In this document: one piece after another, positions 1 to 10,372 of the stretch
Position numbering within the stretch: the stretch's first letter is position 1
How the letters are laid out: every line of letters begins with the position of its first letter
IMG/VR virus record: IMGVR_UViG_3300037245_001419
Span: 124,001-188,000 of that record
DNA length: 64,000 bases
Strand: one strand, 5' to 3'
Notes under the pieces: model-generated
Seen by the model: the letters and a program-made list of their open reading frames with translations, nothing else
What the model was told of the DNA's origin: nothing
Database searches by the model: none
Translations under genes and position numbers: made by a program

Positions 1-2
1 CA

Positions 3-1997
3 GAGACTTCAGTTTACCCCTTAAGTGCAGACGGTGACAATACAAAAACATATAATAGAATAGTATACCCAACTAAAGATAATATTATAAAAGAGTTATT
101 CCCAGCGACAGTTTTTAATAGTGATCCTTTACACTTACTACGTAAAGGCCCTGGTGCAAATGTGAGAATACTAGAATACTACCCTATTAGCGTTCCATTT
201 AGAGATCAAGTTCTTGCACTAGGAACTTCTGCAGAAAGCTTAACAGACGTTAGAGCAGCAGAATTTTGGAAGTATACAGTTAATACTTTTACTGCAACTA
301 CAATGGATCTAAATATGTTATCATCAGATTTCGATTCATCAACAGCGACATGGAATACTGAAGTTGACAACGTTAGCGCCAATATGTCAGACACTAATTT
401 TACAGGTTTATCAGTCCATGACAATCTTGAATTTGCAAGATGGGAAATAACAGACAAAGACATTATTAAATCATGGATGATTCCAACCACATCAGCAAAT
501 AATAAAGGCGTAGTTACAAAGTATGAAGTTGAATCTTCACCAGTTACAGAAGGCCCATATTTTTCGTCGTTGGAAACAACATTGGGAAATGAAACTAGAC
601 CAGCATTTGTTATTAACACTAATTTTATTCTAGGTGGTGAACAAATTTGGACTGGTGCAATAAATTCTAACTGGTCTAATCCTGGAAACTGGCAAAATAA
701 TGAAATACCAAGCATAGGATCAGTAGCAGCTTTTGATGGTGGTGTGTCAACAGTCCCATGTGTATTAGACTCAAACCAATCAGTATATAACCTAACATCA
801 AATGCAGGTAGTGGAAGTATAAACTTATCGTCATTCGATTTGACAATTGAGGGTAGTATTTGTGACTTTAATGGATTCAGTTCATTGACACAAGAAACAG
901 GAGGCAAATTAATATTAATAAACTCATGCGTATTAAATCTAGGTCAAGAATTTGCTACCGCATCTTTGCAAACATTGGAAATAACAGAAAATGCACATGT
1001 AAATTATTTCGCAGATAAATCTCTGAGATTGACTGAAAACTTTAATGTCAGTGGTACATTTATGATGCATTCTAATCTTACATTAGATGGGGCGCAATCA
1101 TCGTTTGGTGAAAATGCAATTATAGATTCTGAAAGATCTGGTTCTACAGCATTGTACACAATAACATTATTCGGTGGTTCACTTTCAAACACAGGCACTT
1201 TAAATACTAAAGTTCATTATACTTTTTCTGATAATGTAATAACTGGAAGATTTTATGGGGGAAAAGTATCAGTATCTAACGATGGCAGTCCTTTCGCTTC
1301 AACTACAACTATGACATTTGGAGATGGACAACATACATACCTTGATGGCCTCTTTATTAATAGCTCTCAACAAGGTAGCTTATTAGTAATAGATGCCTCA
1401 GCCAACGACCCAGATATATTAATGTTACAGGGATCAGGATTACTTACAATAGCAACAGGTTTTCCACCTGAAGATGAACTTATATTTTTAATGGGATCAA
1501 AAGATTGGATAATATCTACAGACCAACTAGATTTAGCATTTGTAGATAGTTTCGATTTAGGTGGAGGTGGTGGTTTTTACGTAAATGGTGATACTACTAG
1601 TATAATGTCCCCACTAACAGATATCATAATGCCACCATTAACAATAAATTCATCAACTGAAGTAATTGATATTAATAATAACATATACACACAAAACTTT
1701 ACAATGAATATAGGGTCAACAGTTAATTTTAATCACTTTAATATTAGTGCAGTTGATGCAATCAATATATCAGGAAATTCAGACTCAGTAAATCTATTAT
1801 CTGGAACTTCTCTCGCAGCATCTAACATAAATATTGTTGGAGATCCTTTAGATTATATAGACTTATCGACTGAAGAGTTTTGGTATATAAGTGCATCAGA
1901 TACATTAGATGTTGTTCATGTTGATTTAAAATCTTCAGATGCATCTGGTGGTGTAACTGGTATAGCAATAAGATCAAATGATTTGGGAGAACCATAA
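3..1997 (+). CDS. Virion baseplate/tail-associated protein with beta-helix adhesin-like region (5' truncated)
   Basis: Frame is open from base 3 (ETSVYPLSADG...), so the track start at 162 is internal. Contains WTGAINSNWSNPGNW and beta-strand-rich repeats. TAATG overlap with the next baseplate gene. Confidence 0.6.
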   Translation, partial: ETSVYPLSADGDNTKTYNRIVYPTKDNIIKELFPATVFNSDPLHLLRKGPGANVRILEYYPISVPFRDQVLALGTSAESLTDVRAAEFWKYTVNTFTATTMDLNMLSSDFDSSTATWNTEVDNVSANMSDTNFTGLSVHDNLEFARWEITDKDIIKSWMIPTTSANNKGVVTKYEVESSPVTEGPYFSSLETTLGNETRPAFVINTNFILGGEQIWTGAINSNWSNPGNWQNNEIPSIGSVAAFDGGVSTVPCVLDSNQSVYNLTSNAGSGSINLSSFDLTIEGSICDFNGFSSLTQETGGKLILINSCVLNLGQEFATASLQTLEITENAHVNYFADKSLRLTENFNVSGTFMMHSNLTLDGAQSSFGENAIIDSERSGSTALYTITLFGGSLSNTGTLNTKVHYTFSDNVITGRFYGGKVSVSNDGSPFASTTTMTFGDGQHTYLDGLFINSSQQGSLLVIDASANDPDILMLQGSGLLTIATGFPPEDELIFLMGSKDWIISTDQLDLAFVDSFDLGGGGGFYVNGDTTSIMSPLTDIIMPPLTINSSTEVIDINNNIYTQNFTMNIGSTVNFNHFNISAVDAINISGNSDSVNLLSGTSLAASNINIVGDPLDYIDLSTEEFWYISASDTLDVVHVDLKSSDASGGVTGIAIRSNDLGEP

Positions 1998-3196
1998 TGC
2001 CACAAAATATTAATTGGGATTTCCAACAGAATACAGACATATATCCACCAGTAATTACATTTTCTAATTCTCAACCAGAATCTAAAATGATTATAGAGGG
2101 TACAGGATCTGTACATGTTAGAATAAAAGATAGTAACCCTATTGGGACAAGTATTAATATTATCACTTCCGCTGGATTTGTCCTTACATCGGAAAGTTTA
2201 GGTGAAATAGATTACAGCAGTTTTGTTGAAGTTGCTGTAAATGATGTCGAGTTCGATGTCATTAACATTTCAGCAAGTGGTGACGTTATAGTTTCAGCAA
2301 GTGATATCTATGACAACAGCACAACAGCAGCTGACGGTAAATGGTACTTTAGTTGTGTAGACCCTTTAGATGATTCTTTAGATAATAACAGACTTATAAA
2401 CTTAACAAACTTCTTACCTCAACACTTGGTTGAATCTGAAGTGTTTGATTTTATGAAGTTCTTTCAAGACTATGAAAATACAATGTATGAAGTTGGTAAT
2501 GATTGTGAAGGTCATTGTCATATATCTATCCTTAAAAAGATAGAAAGGCTAACCACATTACACGACGCAGATACGATAGATGAAGAATATATCCAATTTC
2601 TAGCCTCTTTTATGGGATATGATGGACTGGACGTAAACAGAACTGACATTGGATCGTTTAGAGTTGGTGATGTCGATGCAGATGATATTGATAACCTTAC
2701 ACCGGATCAAATTTGTACCTTAGAAAAACAAGAGGGAGAATACCTACGATTTGTAGTAAGAAACTTACCAAACTGGTATAGAATAAAAACTACAGATAAT
2801 GCGGTCAAGATAGCATTATTTTCATTTGGTATCATCGGAGAGCTTGAAACACTTTTTACAAATGACTATGATGAAAACTGGCTTGCTGAAGATAAAAAAG
2901 ATGGTGTTGATATATCAACTGAATTTGGCGTAAATCGTCAAGACTATTTTCCATCACCACACTTTGTAATCGTAGTAGATACTAAAATAACCCTCCCAAA
3001 CTGGATCAATAATATTGATCGAGTAAAAGACGCTGTTAATTCAATAAGACCCATAAATACTGTATTTGAAGGTATAAACTCTCGATACGATATGGATCTT
3101 ATAACAGTAGGTCTTAATGGTAATGGTGCCCAAGCTGGCGTAATGATCAAAAACAACATTCAAGTAGCGTGGAACAAACCATCAGCTAATTTATAA
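1997..3196 (+). CDS. Baseplate wedge protein (Tail_P2_I-like)
   Basis: FLPQHL...YIQFLASFMGYD...NLPNWYRIKTTDNAVKIALFSFG...AVNSIRPINT matches the P2 gpI-type baseplate pattern; lies upstream of the tail fibre. Confidence 0.7.
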   Translation: MPQNINWDFQQNTDIYPPVITFSNSQPESKMIIEGTGSVHVRIKDSNPIGTSINIITSAGFVLTSESLGEIDYSSFVEVAVNDVEFDVINISASGDVIVSASDIYDNSTTAADGKWYFSCVDPLDDSLDNNRLINLTNFLPQHLVESEVFDFMKFFQDYENTMYEVGNDCEGHCHISILKKIERLTTLHDADTIDEEYIQFLASFMGYDGLDVNRTDIGSFRVGDVDADDIDNLTPDQICTLEKQEGEYLRFVVRNLPNWYRIKTTDNAVKIALFSFGIIGELETLFTNDYDENWLAEDKKDGVDISTEFGVNRQDYFPSPHFVIVVDTKITLPNWINNIDRVKDAVNSIRPINTVFEGINSRYDMDLITVGLNGNGAQAGVMIKNNIQVAWNKPSANL

Positions 3197-3236
3197 ATAA
3201 TAATAAATACAATAAGATATTGACCAGGAGTTATAC

Positions 3237-6200
3237 ATGGCAGATGTTATAATCACATCAGCAGGATTGGATGCAGTAATTAATCAATCATTACCGAAGT
3301 TTTCCATTAAATATTTTTTGCCTATATATGACCAAAGAATAGATCCTGAAATACATACAGCACTAAGTGCAGGGCTTGCCACAGACGTGATCCCTTTGTT
3401 AAACGCAGCATCTAGTGCAGATACACACGAAACATTAATAGGTGAAAAACTATGGAACTTTGAAAATATAGGTTTCACCTCTGCGTACGATTTGAATGAT
3501 AGCGAATACTTTGTGTATGAAGAATCAGGTACTTCAGTTAACCTTGTAACTGGACTTGTTCAAACAACATCTCAATCAGATACAGCACCTATAAACATTT
3601 TAGTAGATAACGCAGATCCACTTATTATTCACCCACTAAGCAATATGGTGAGTGGAACCAATATACCGGAAGCAAAATATAATAATGTTCCTGGTGATTT
3701 TTTCTACAACTCGCCTGTAGAGATAATCTCATCTGCATCAGAAGTATCACAGATTGCAGATAGAGATCTATTATGGGGTGGGGTAGTATATGCCCCAGCA
3801 AACCCAACACCAGACAATCAGATTGCGACATTTCAAGCAACTGTTGGTATAAAGAACGGTAGCCTTAAATTTAACAAGGGCGCTTTTTATATACAGAAAT
3901 TGCTTAGTGATGGAACAACAGATAACACGTATAATCCAGTGTTATTTGGTGAAGTATTATTCAATAAGACTCAATATGTTAGAACTGATGGTAATGGATC
4001 AGGATCAGTAGATATAACTCTAGCATTAGATTTTATTATAGACCCAGGAAATGAATTATTTATAGCTACAGATGACTGGGTTAAAACACCGCCAGTATCA
4101 GGCGCTCAGAACGGCTTATTTTATCACGGTGATGTAGCTATAGGTACATCAGGATTTAGTGGCTCATGGGAACCTAGAGCTGGTTTAGAGATAACAAAAG
4201 AAAATGAACCACAACTAAAGTTAACCAAAGATTATACTTCTAAATCTGCTACATTTGAAGTATTAGATTCTGGTGCATTGCACATAGAAACATCAGGATC
4301 AGCACCAAATTTATCATTTGGTTTTGGAACCTCTGCGAGTGGCAATGCTTCAATAGCTATGGGTTATGAGACATCAGCAGATGACTTTGCGTCATTTGCA
4401 ACAGGATATAACACTGCAGCACTTAGTGTGCATGATACCGCAATGGGCTATGTTACTCTTGCATACGGATCTAATTCATTTGCAATTTGTGATAGAACCA
4501 TAGCAGAAGGTGGTAATAGTGTTGCAATGGGATCTCTAGCTGTTGCAGCAGGTCTTACTTCTTTTTGTCATGGGAGTAATGTATTTACATCAGCACCTAG
4601 AAGTGCTATTATTGGCGCTTCTTCTAGTATCATATCAGCTACAGGATCTGGTAGTTCTATATTGGGAGGCCAAAACCATAGCATAGATAATAATTTTAGT
4701 GTAATTGCATCTGGTGCACGATGTAATATAATTAGTGGTGGTCAATACGGATCTATATTTGGTAGTTGGAGCAGTTCTATTTCTGCAGAGTCTGAATATT
4801 CTTCTATAATTAGTGGTCAATTAAATACAATTGAAAACAACTCTTTGAGATCTACCATAATAAACGGTCGTAATAATACAATTAATTTTAACTGTACTGA
4901 TGCAACAATCATTGGCGGTCAAGATCATATTATAGATAATGGAGTGGAAGGTTCATCTATTATTGGTGGCTTTAATAATTTAATATCACAAGATGCAGAA
5001 AATTCATCAATTCTAGGTGGTGAAAATAACTTTAACTATGGTTTCAACTCTTCTGTAGTTGGTGGTAAACAAAACCTCATATCAACAGATGCATTATTTA
5101 GCTCAGTAATAGGTGGTCAACATAATGCAATTAAATCTACCAACAATAATTCACAAATTATTGGCGGTCAGTATAATACTATTGAAGATGGAGCCAGTGG
5201 ACAAAATATTATAATATCTGGTAAATTGAACACTATAAAGGATTATCCAACTGGTGGACTTAACAGTAATTATGGATTTATATCTAGCTCTGTTTATGCA
5301 AGCTCTTTTGGTTATAGCAATTCGATGATTAATGCTAGTTATTCTGTAGTATATGGTCACTCTAATAACGTAATAGGGCCTTATAATACTATAGGTACAG
5401 ATGCTGGTGCTGATAGTATATCTCGTTTTAGTAATGTAATTGGAGAGGGTAACTCAGTATCTGCATCTAACAATCTTGCTATCGTTGGGTCGTATACTGA
5501 TTTTAAAGACATAAGTAACTCAACAATAATTGGGGATAATAACTGGGGATGGTGGCAGAAAGATGTTGCTGGTATTCCACCTTCATTTACATATGATAAA
5601 AGTCATATGTTTGGTGATCATAACTCTGTATACGGCAATACCGTAAGCGCACCTGACAACAAATCATATATATTTGGAGAAGATAATTTCCAATACGGGT
5701 CAAATGGAATGCTGTTAGGATTTGGCCTTCACCCTGGAACATTAGGATTTGATGAAGGTTCTGGAAACTGGACTTCTCCTTCGAAATCTCATGCAGCTAG
5801 TCATTATTTTGACGCTATAACAATTGGTTGTGAACAAATAAATGCAACAGTATCACCATCAGTTAATTATCTCAATCTTTATATGCCTCAAGGTTATATT
5901 GATCAGTATGCAGGTAATGACATAACAATACGTGCAGAAAATAATGTGAACATCACTTCAGACTCTGGTGACATTGTTCTAACCCCTAATAACAATGTCA
6001 GTATAGACGGTGATCTTAATGTTACTGGATCAATTACCACTGGTGGCGGCATACAAACTGTTCACCGACAGTTCATAACACAAAATACCGGAACTAGAGA
6101 TCTTAACTTTGCTATAGGCGTACCACTGTGGGACGATATAAATATTATTTCATTCGATTGTATGCTAGGATCTGAAAGTGATGACATATCTGCAGCAGAC

Positions 6201-6389
6201 CTCAGATGGATTCCTGGTGGGTTTACTGGCGGTGGCCCAGCACCACAGGTTGCAGGGTACAAATTTTTTAATTGGACTGCCCATAAAAATGGATCAGGTT
6301 TTCCTGAAATAAAGATTCAAGATAGAGGGCCGGATGTGAACAAAGCCGACACACCGTATTTAATATCTATGACATATGTATTAATATAA
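3237..6389 (+). CDS. Long tail fibre / receptor-binding protein with YadA-like and SIIGG repeats
   Basis: 1050 aa. N-terminal DVIITSAGLDA attachment motif, YadA-head-like repeats (ASIAMGY, DTAMGY, SVAMG), then many S(S/T)IIGGxxN repeats. Late promoter upstream. Confidence 0.75.
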   Translation: MADVIITSAGLDAVINQSLPKFSIKYFLPIYDQRIDPEIHTALSAGLATDVIPLLNAASSADTHETLIGEKLWNFENIGFTSAYDLNDSEYFVYEESGTSVNLVTGLVQTTSQSDTAPINILVDNADPLIIHPLSNMVSGTNIPEAKYNNVPGDFFYNSPVEIISSASEVSQIADRDLLWGGVVYAPANPTPDNQIATFQATVGIKNGSLKFNKGAFYIQKLLSDGTTDNTYNPVLFGEVLFNKTQYVRTDGNGSGSVDITLALDFIIDPGNELFIATDDWVKTPPVSGAQNGLFYHGDVAIGTSGFSGSWEPRAGLEITKENEPQLKLTKDYTSKSATFEVLDSGALHIETSGSAPNLSFGFGTSASGNASIAMGYETSADDFASFATGYNTAALSVHDTAMGYVTLAYGSNSFAICDRTIAEGGNSVAMGSLAVAAGLTSFCHGSNVFTSAPRSAIIGASSSIISATGSGSSILGGQNHSIDNNFSVIASGARCNIISGGQYGSIFGSWSSSISAESEYSSIISGQLNTIENNSLRSTIINGRNNTINFNCTDATIIGGQDHIIDNGVEGSSIIGGFNNLISQDAENSSILGGENNFNYGFNSSVVGGKQNLISTDALFSSVIGGQHNAIKSTNNNSQIIGGQYNTIEDGASGQNIIISGKLNTIKDYPTGGLNSNYGFISSSVYASSFGYSNSMINASYSVVYGHSNNVIGPYNTIGTDAGADSISRFSNVIGEGNSVSASNNLAIVGSYTDFKDISNSTIIGDNNWGWWQKDVAGIPPSFTYDKSHMFGDHNSVYGNTVSAPDNKSYIFGEDNFQYGSNGMLLGFGLHPGTLGFDEGSGNWTSPSKSHAASHYFDAITIGCEQINATVSPSVNYLNLYMPQGYIDQYAGNDITIRAENNVNITSDSGDIVLTPNNNVSIDGDLNVTGSITTGGGIQTVHRQFITQNTGTRDLNFAIGVPLWDDINIISFDCMLGSESDDISAADLRWIPGGFTGGGPAPQVAGYKFFNWTAHKNGSGFPEIKIQDRGPDVNKADTPYLISMTYVLI

Positions 6390-6452
6390 ATAAAAATAAA
6401 AGGTTGCTTGAAATATAGCAACCTTCTTTAAATTGAAAACAAAGGAATTGAA

Positions 6453-6884
6453 ATGATTGAATTAACACACGAAGAGTGGTTTAAAATCTATATGATTTTA
6501 GATAATCTCGAACCATCACAAAAATACCACAAAAACTTTTTATTATTTGTAGAATCATGGAAACAGATACTGCAATACACAATGAAAGTTTATGTATCAG
6601 CATCAGAATCCATCCAATACGATCCAGATTCAGATTTTTACCAGTATAAAGAAGCATTCTTATCACTAGACAATGATGAAGAAGCCATCAGCGAATTAAA
6701 TAAAAGTCACTTAGACCTTATCCAAGAAGTCAACTCATTAAATAACGAGATAACTGCAATAGTTAAATCTGTAGTATCCTTTCAAAACATATTAATACCA
6801 AGACACCTTGTACCAGAATTAGACGAAGAAATAATGCAAGTACTATCAGTATTAATAGAGGGGTACGAAGATGAAAAAAATTAA
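6453..6884 (+). CDS. Hypothetical helical protein (possible fibre assembly factor)
   Basis: ORF directly after the tail fibre under late promoter 6385; function inferred from position only. Confidence 0.5.
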   Translation: MIELTHEEWFKIYMILDNLEPSQKYHKNFLLFVESWKQILQYTMKVYVSASESIQYDPDSDFYQYKEAFLSLDNDEEAISELNKSHLDLIQEVNSLNNEITAIVKSVVSFQNILIPRHLVPELDEEIMQVLSVLIEGYEDEKN

Positions 6885-7350
6885 AATAACCAGAAGAATG
6901 TTTATGAGAATGTATATGTTATTTTTCATGACATCATTTCATAATAAAGATGGAATGTTCCAATACTATTTAACTAAAAATATTACGTTAATGGAAGATG
7001 AACATGAACGACTCGTCAAGCTAAATAACGCAGGTCTAGTATCTCCTAAAATGCAAGAGTATATCGTCAAGAAAGAAGCCATGGTGAAAGAATGGATTGA
7101 CAACGGGAACGTTATAGATGACTTGATTAAGCATAAAGAGTTTAAAGAATTACTTAATACATATAAAGATGAAATCTATAACTATGATGTTAATAATAAT
7201 AAAATAAATTCATTCTTGATTGAGGAAGATGAGTACGAATTAGTACCAATTCCATATCGTTATATCCCATCTGAAGTAGAACGAGAACTATTTGAATTTT
7301 TATATATGATCATTGAAGAAGATATTGGTCATCTTATTGGGAGAGCTTAA
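6871..7350 (+). CDS. Hypothetical protein
   Basis: ORF overlapping the previous one; shares an IP(R/Y)..P.E C-terminal pattern with 6453-6884. Confidence 0.5.
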   Translation: MKKIKITRRMFMRMYMLFFMTSFHNKDGMFQYYLTKNITLMEDEHERLVKLNNAGLVSPKMQEYIVKKEAMVKEWIDNGNVIDDLIKHKEFKELLNTYKDEIYNYDVNNNKINSFLIEEDEYELVPIPYRYIPSEVERELFEFLYMIIEEDIGHLIGRA

Positions 7351-7352
7351 TT

Positions 7353-8156
7353 ATGATTAACTACAATGAACTACTAGAAACTTCAAAACAAAAGTTTCAA
7401 GAGAATAACGGTAATGTATTTACTGAGTATTATAACTTCAATAAAGAAGGATCAAATGCTATCGCAATCAACAATATACATAATTTTGATTCTATCCCAA
7501 TAACAGATCATCAAAAAGAATTATGTAGTAAGATCACATTGGCAACTTCAATAATGAATCGTGAATCCCATTTGATGGAATCACTTAAGACCTGGATTAA
7601 ATTTCCATTTAAGAAGATTGTCATAGTTGATTGGTCTAGCGACAAACCGATAACTGAAAGCATCAAAGAACATTATGGTATTGATTATAAAACTTTAGAT
7701 GAACGAATAGAAATTCATCGTGTGTCAGATCAAAAATATTACGAACATGCTTTAGCTCGTAATGAGAAAATGAAACACACAGAAGGATGGGTACTCAGTA
7801 TCGACTCAGATATATTGCTATCTCCAAGATTCGGAAGATGTATCTGTCTAGGCGATAATAAAAAACTCATTTACAAAAACGATAGAAATAAAAATGACAA
7901 AGCTCTATATGGAACAACATTATTTCATAAAGACGAGTTTGATGCAGTGGGTGGTTGCAATACAAAATTCCATGGTTGGGGGTCAGAAGACACTACTCTA
8001 TTTGCAGATATGATTGACAACGGATGTAAGACTAGACTGTTAGTCGCTCATACAATGTTTCATATCCCTCACAGTGATTATGAGCGAGCAATTAATACCA
8101 AGCATGACGACATTTATGAAAGTTTAGCTAATAATAACGCCAGATTGGTAGAATAA
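7353..8156 (+). CDS. Glycosyltransferase (GT2 / GT7 C-terminal type)
   Basis: IVIVDWSS, SIDSD (DxD) and GGCNTKFHGWGSED (galactosyltransferase C-terminal motif). Confidence 0.85.
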   Translation: MINYNELLETSKQKFQENNGNVFTEYYNFNKEGSNAIAINNIHNFDSIPITDHQKELCSKITLATSIMNRESHLMESLKTWIKFPFKKIVIVDWSSDKPITESIKEHYGIDYKTLDERIEIHRVSDQKYYEHALARNEKMKHTEGWVLSIDSDILLSPRFGRCICLGDNKKLIYKNDRNKNDKALYGTTLFHKDEFDAVGGCNTKFHGWGSEDTTLFADMIDNGCKTRLLVAHTMFHIPHSDYERAINTKHDDIYESLANNNARLVE

Positions 8157-8165
8157 AAGCCCTTT

Positions 8166-8217
8166 TGTACTTTAGTCAATAAAAATTATTGACTAAAGTA
8201 CATTTTGTTTATATACT
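8166..8217 (+). promoter_or_regulatory. 17-bp-arm palindrome overlapping a sigma70 promoter for the glycosylation island
   Basis: TGTACTTTAGTCAATAA-aaa-TTATTGACTAAAGTACA at 8166-8202; TTGACT(8189)-17 nt-TATACT(8212). Confidence 0.7.
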
Positions 8218-8236
8218 GAGTTAATAACTTGAATTA

Positions 8237-8986
8237 ATGTGTCGGAGCATTATGAATATTGAAAAGATACAGGAAGATTCCCTTGAGATAATCATCCCAT
8301 TATACAATTTAGGTCATCACCTAAAGGAATGTCTCACTTCAGTTTACAATAGTGAATCATCCCTACAATTTACAGTGACAATAGTCGATGACTGCAGCAC
8401 TGACGACTCTCTTGCAGTAGCTAGAAAATTAGCAATGGAACTAATTGATCACCCAGGACACAGACTCACTTCAGTTTACTCGAACCCGAAAAACGTACAC
8501 TTGTCAGCCACTAGAAATATTGCTTTAGCTCGTACATCATCTACGCTAATCATATGTCTTGATGCAGACGACATGATTCCACCAAATTACATTGAAGACA
8601 ATTATAAAAACATTTTAGAGCATGATGTAGATATTTCTTACACCAACTCACAATGCTTTGGTACATCATCACAGTTATTAACCTGGCCTGAGTTCAGTAT
8701 AGACCTAATTCGAGAGTCCCCATTCATCAATTGTTCTGCAATGTATAAACGAAACGTATGGGACAAGGCAGGGCCGTATGATGAGACTATGAAGTTAGGT
8801 TGGGAAGACTACGACTTCTGGCTTTCAGCAGCGAAGAGAGGCTTCAAGTTTAGGAAATGCAACACTACTTATTTAGCCTACAGACAATCAGAATCATCCA
8901 TGATCAACACTACAAATGAACAAGCAAATCAATTTAAGATCCGTGAACATTTAAGAGAAAAGCACCCAGCTTTTTATAGAGGTTAA
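8237..8986 (+). CDS. Glycosyltransferase family 2
   Basis: IIIPLYN, IVDDCSTD, SATRNIAL, CLDADD, GWEDYDFWL. Likely start at ATG 8252. Confidence 0.92.
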   Translation: MCRSIMNIEKIQEDSLEIIIPLYNLGHHLKECLTSVYNSESSLQFTVTIVDDCSTDDSLAVARKLAMELIDHPGHRLTSVYSNPKNVHLSATRNIALARTSSTLIICLDADDMIPPNYIEDNYKNILEHDVDISYTNSQCFGTSSQLLTWPEFSIDLIRESPFINCSAMYKRNVWDKAGPYDETMKLGWEDYDFWLSAAKRGFKFRKCNTTYLAYRQSESSMINTTNEQANQFKIREHLREKHPAFYRG

Positions 8987-8987
8987 T

Positions 8988-9188
8988 ATGTCAGAAAATA
9001 TTTATGATATGAAATTGCACGATGAAATAAGCTTAAATAGTTTTGTCACAATTCGTCGAGTACCTGGTGGTTGGCTTTATATAGACTTTAGTTCTTGCTC
9101 ACCAAACTCTTCTGTTACATCTACATTTGTACCATCCAACTCGGAATTTACAGGATATAACCAGGACAAAAATGAAAAACATGAATAA
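8988..9188 (+). CDS. Small hypothetical protein
   Basis: 66 aa ORF (RRVPGGWLY) tightly packed in the operon. Confidence 0.55.
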   Translation: MSENIYDMKLHDEISLNSFVTIRRVPGGWLYIDFSSCSPNSSVTSTFVPSNSEFTGYNQDKNEKHE

Positions 9189-9918
9189 TATTATACAAAG
9201 CCTATGGATAGGCCCAAAACTGTCAGTGATGGAACAACTATGCATCAAATCATTCTTAGCAAACGGACACGAGTTCCACCTTTACTGCTACAATGAAATA
9301 GAGAATGTCCCAGAAGGTACAACTATATGCGACGGTAACGAGATTCTACCAGAATCAGAAGTATTTTCATATCAAGTGGGGCCTGGAAAAGGTTCGTACT
9401 CAGCATTCTCAAACTACTTTAGATATAAAATGCTAGAAATGAAAGGTGGATGGTGGGTGGATACTGACATCATTTGCCTAAAACCATTTGATCACAAAGG
9501 TGAATTCGTATTCAGCTCTGAGATTACACACGAAAACACGCAACACACCACAAGTTCAGTAATCAAAGCCCCAGCAGGAAATGACTTTAGTTACTACTGC
9601 TATAATATCTGTGCAGATCAAGATAAAAAGACTCTTGAATGGGGTACAGTTGGCCCTAAATTAGTCAAAGGAGCAGTAGAGTTCTTCGAAATGGAAGCAT
9701 ATGTTCAAGAACCCCATGTTTTTTGCCCTCTAGGATACCAACACGCCCCTTTAATTGTACAAGAAGGCATTGACATTGACTTCCCAGAAGAGACCTATGC
9801 GGTGCACCTATGGAACGAAATGTGGAGACGGCACGGCATCGACAAAGAAAAGAAATACGATGAGTCAACAATATACGAACAACTAAAGTCACGTTACGGA
9901 GTAACCAATGATAACTGA
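9169..9918 (+). CDS. Glycosyltransferase family 32-like (DxD sugar-binding)
   Basis: IIQSLWIG, AFSNYFRY, GGWWVDTD, WGTVGP, YAVHLWNEMW. Confidence 0.88.
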   Translation, partial: KMKNMNNIIQSLWIGPKLSVMEQLCIKSFLANGHEFHLYCYNEIENVPEGTTICDGNEILPESEVFSYQVGPGKGSYSAFSNYFRYKMLEMKGGWWVDTDIICLKPFDHKGEFVFSSEITHENTQHTTSSVIKAPAGNDFSYYCYNICADQDKKTLEWGTVGPKLVKGAVEFFEMEAYVQEPHVFCPLGYQHAPLIVQEGIDIDFPEETYAVHLWNEMWRRHGIDKEKKYDESTIYEQLKSRYGVTNDN

Positions 9919-10372
9919 AGTAAAAGCCCCCAATAAATATACTCATTCTAACCTGTTTTTGGCTGGATCAATTGAAAATGGTAAAGCCGAAGAATGGCAA
10001 CAAAGATTTCTTACAGACATGCGAAAGAAATTTACAGTCAACCCAGAAACAAATTTTTTAGTACTCAATCCACGTAGAGACAACTGGTCATTTTGTAGCA
10101 CTGAAATGGAGAAACAAGTATCATGGGAGCTTGATGGACTAGCATCTTCAGATTACATCGCCATGTACTTTGATCCTGATACAATTTCTCCAATTAGCCT
10201 CCTTGAATTAGGGCTATTCGCAACGGAAAAGATCTTCATATGTTGCTCACCTAGATACTATAGATATACTAACATAAAAGTATTATGTCAAAAAGCCGGA
10301 CTTCCTTTATTTGCTGAAGAAGAAGAATGGAGAGATGCAATTTTCCAAGCTATGACCGAGGAGTATTCATGA
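9908..10372 (+). CDS. Nucleoside 2-deoxyribosyltransferase-like protein
   Basis: LFLAGSI...WQ...LNPRR...QVSWELDGL...SPISLLELGL. Confidence 0.85.
   Translation: MITEVKAPNKYTHSNLFLAGSIENGKAEEWQQRFLTDMRKKFTVNPETNFLVLNPRRDNWSFCSTEMEKQVSWELDGLASSDYIAMYFDPDTISPISLLELGLFATEKIFICCSPRYYRYTNIKVLCQKAGLPLFAEEEEWRDAIFQAMTEEYS

Noticed and set aside
3237-6389. Diversity-generating retroelement target in the tail fibre
   Set aside because: No reverse transcriptase and no adenine-variant TR/VR pair seen in the window.
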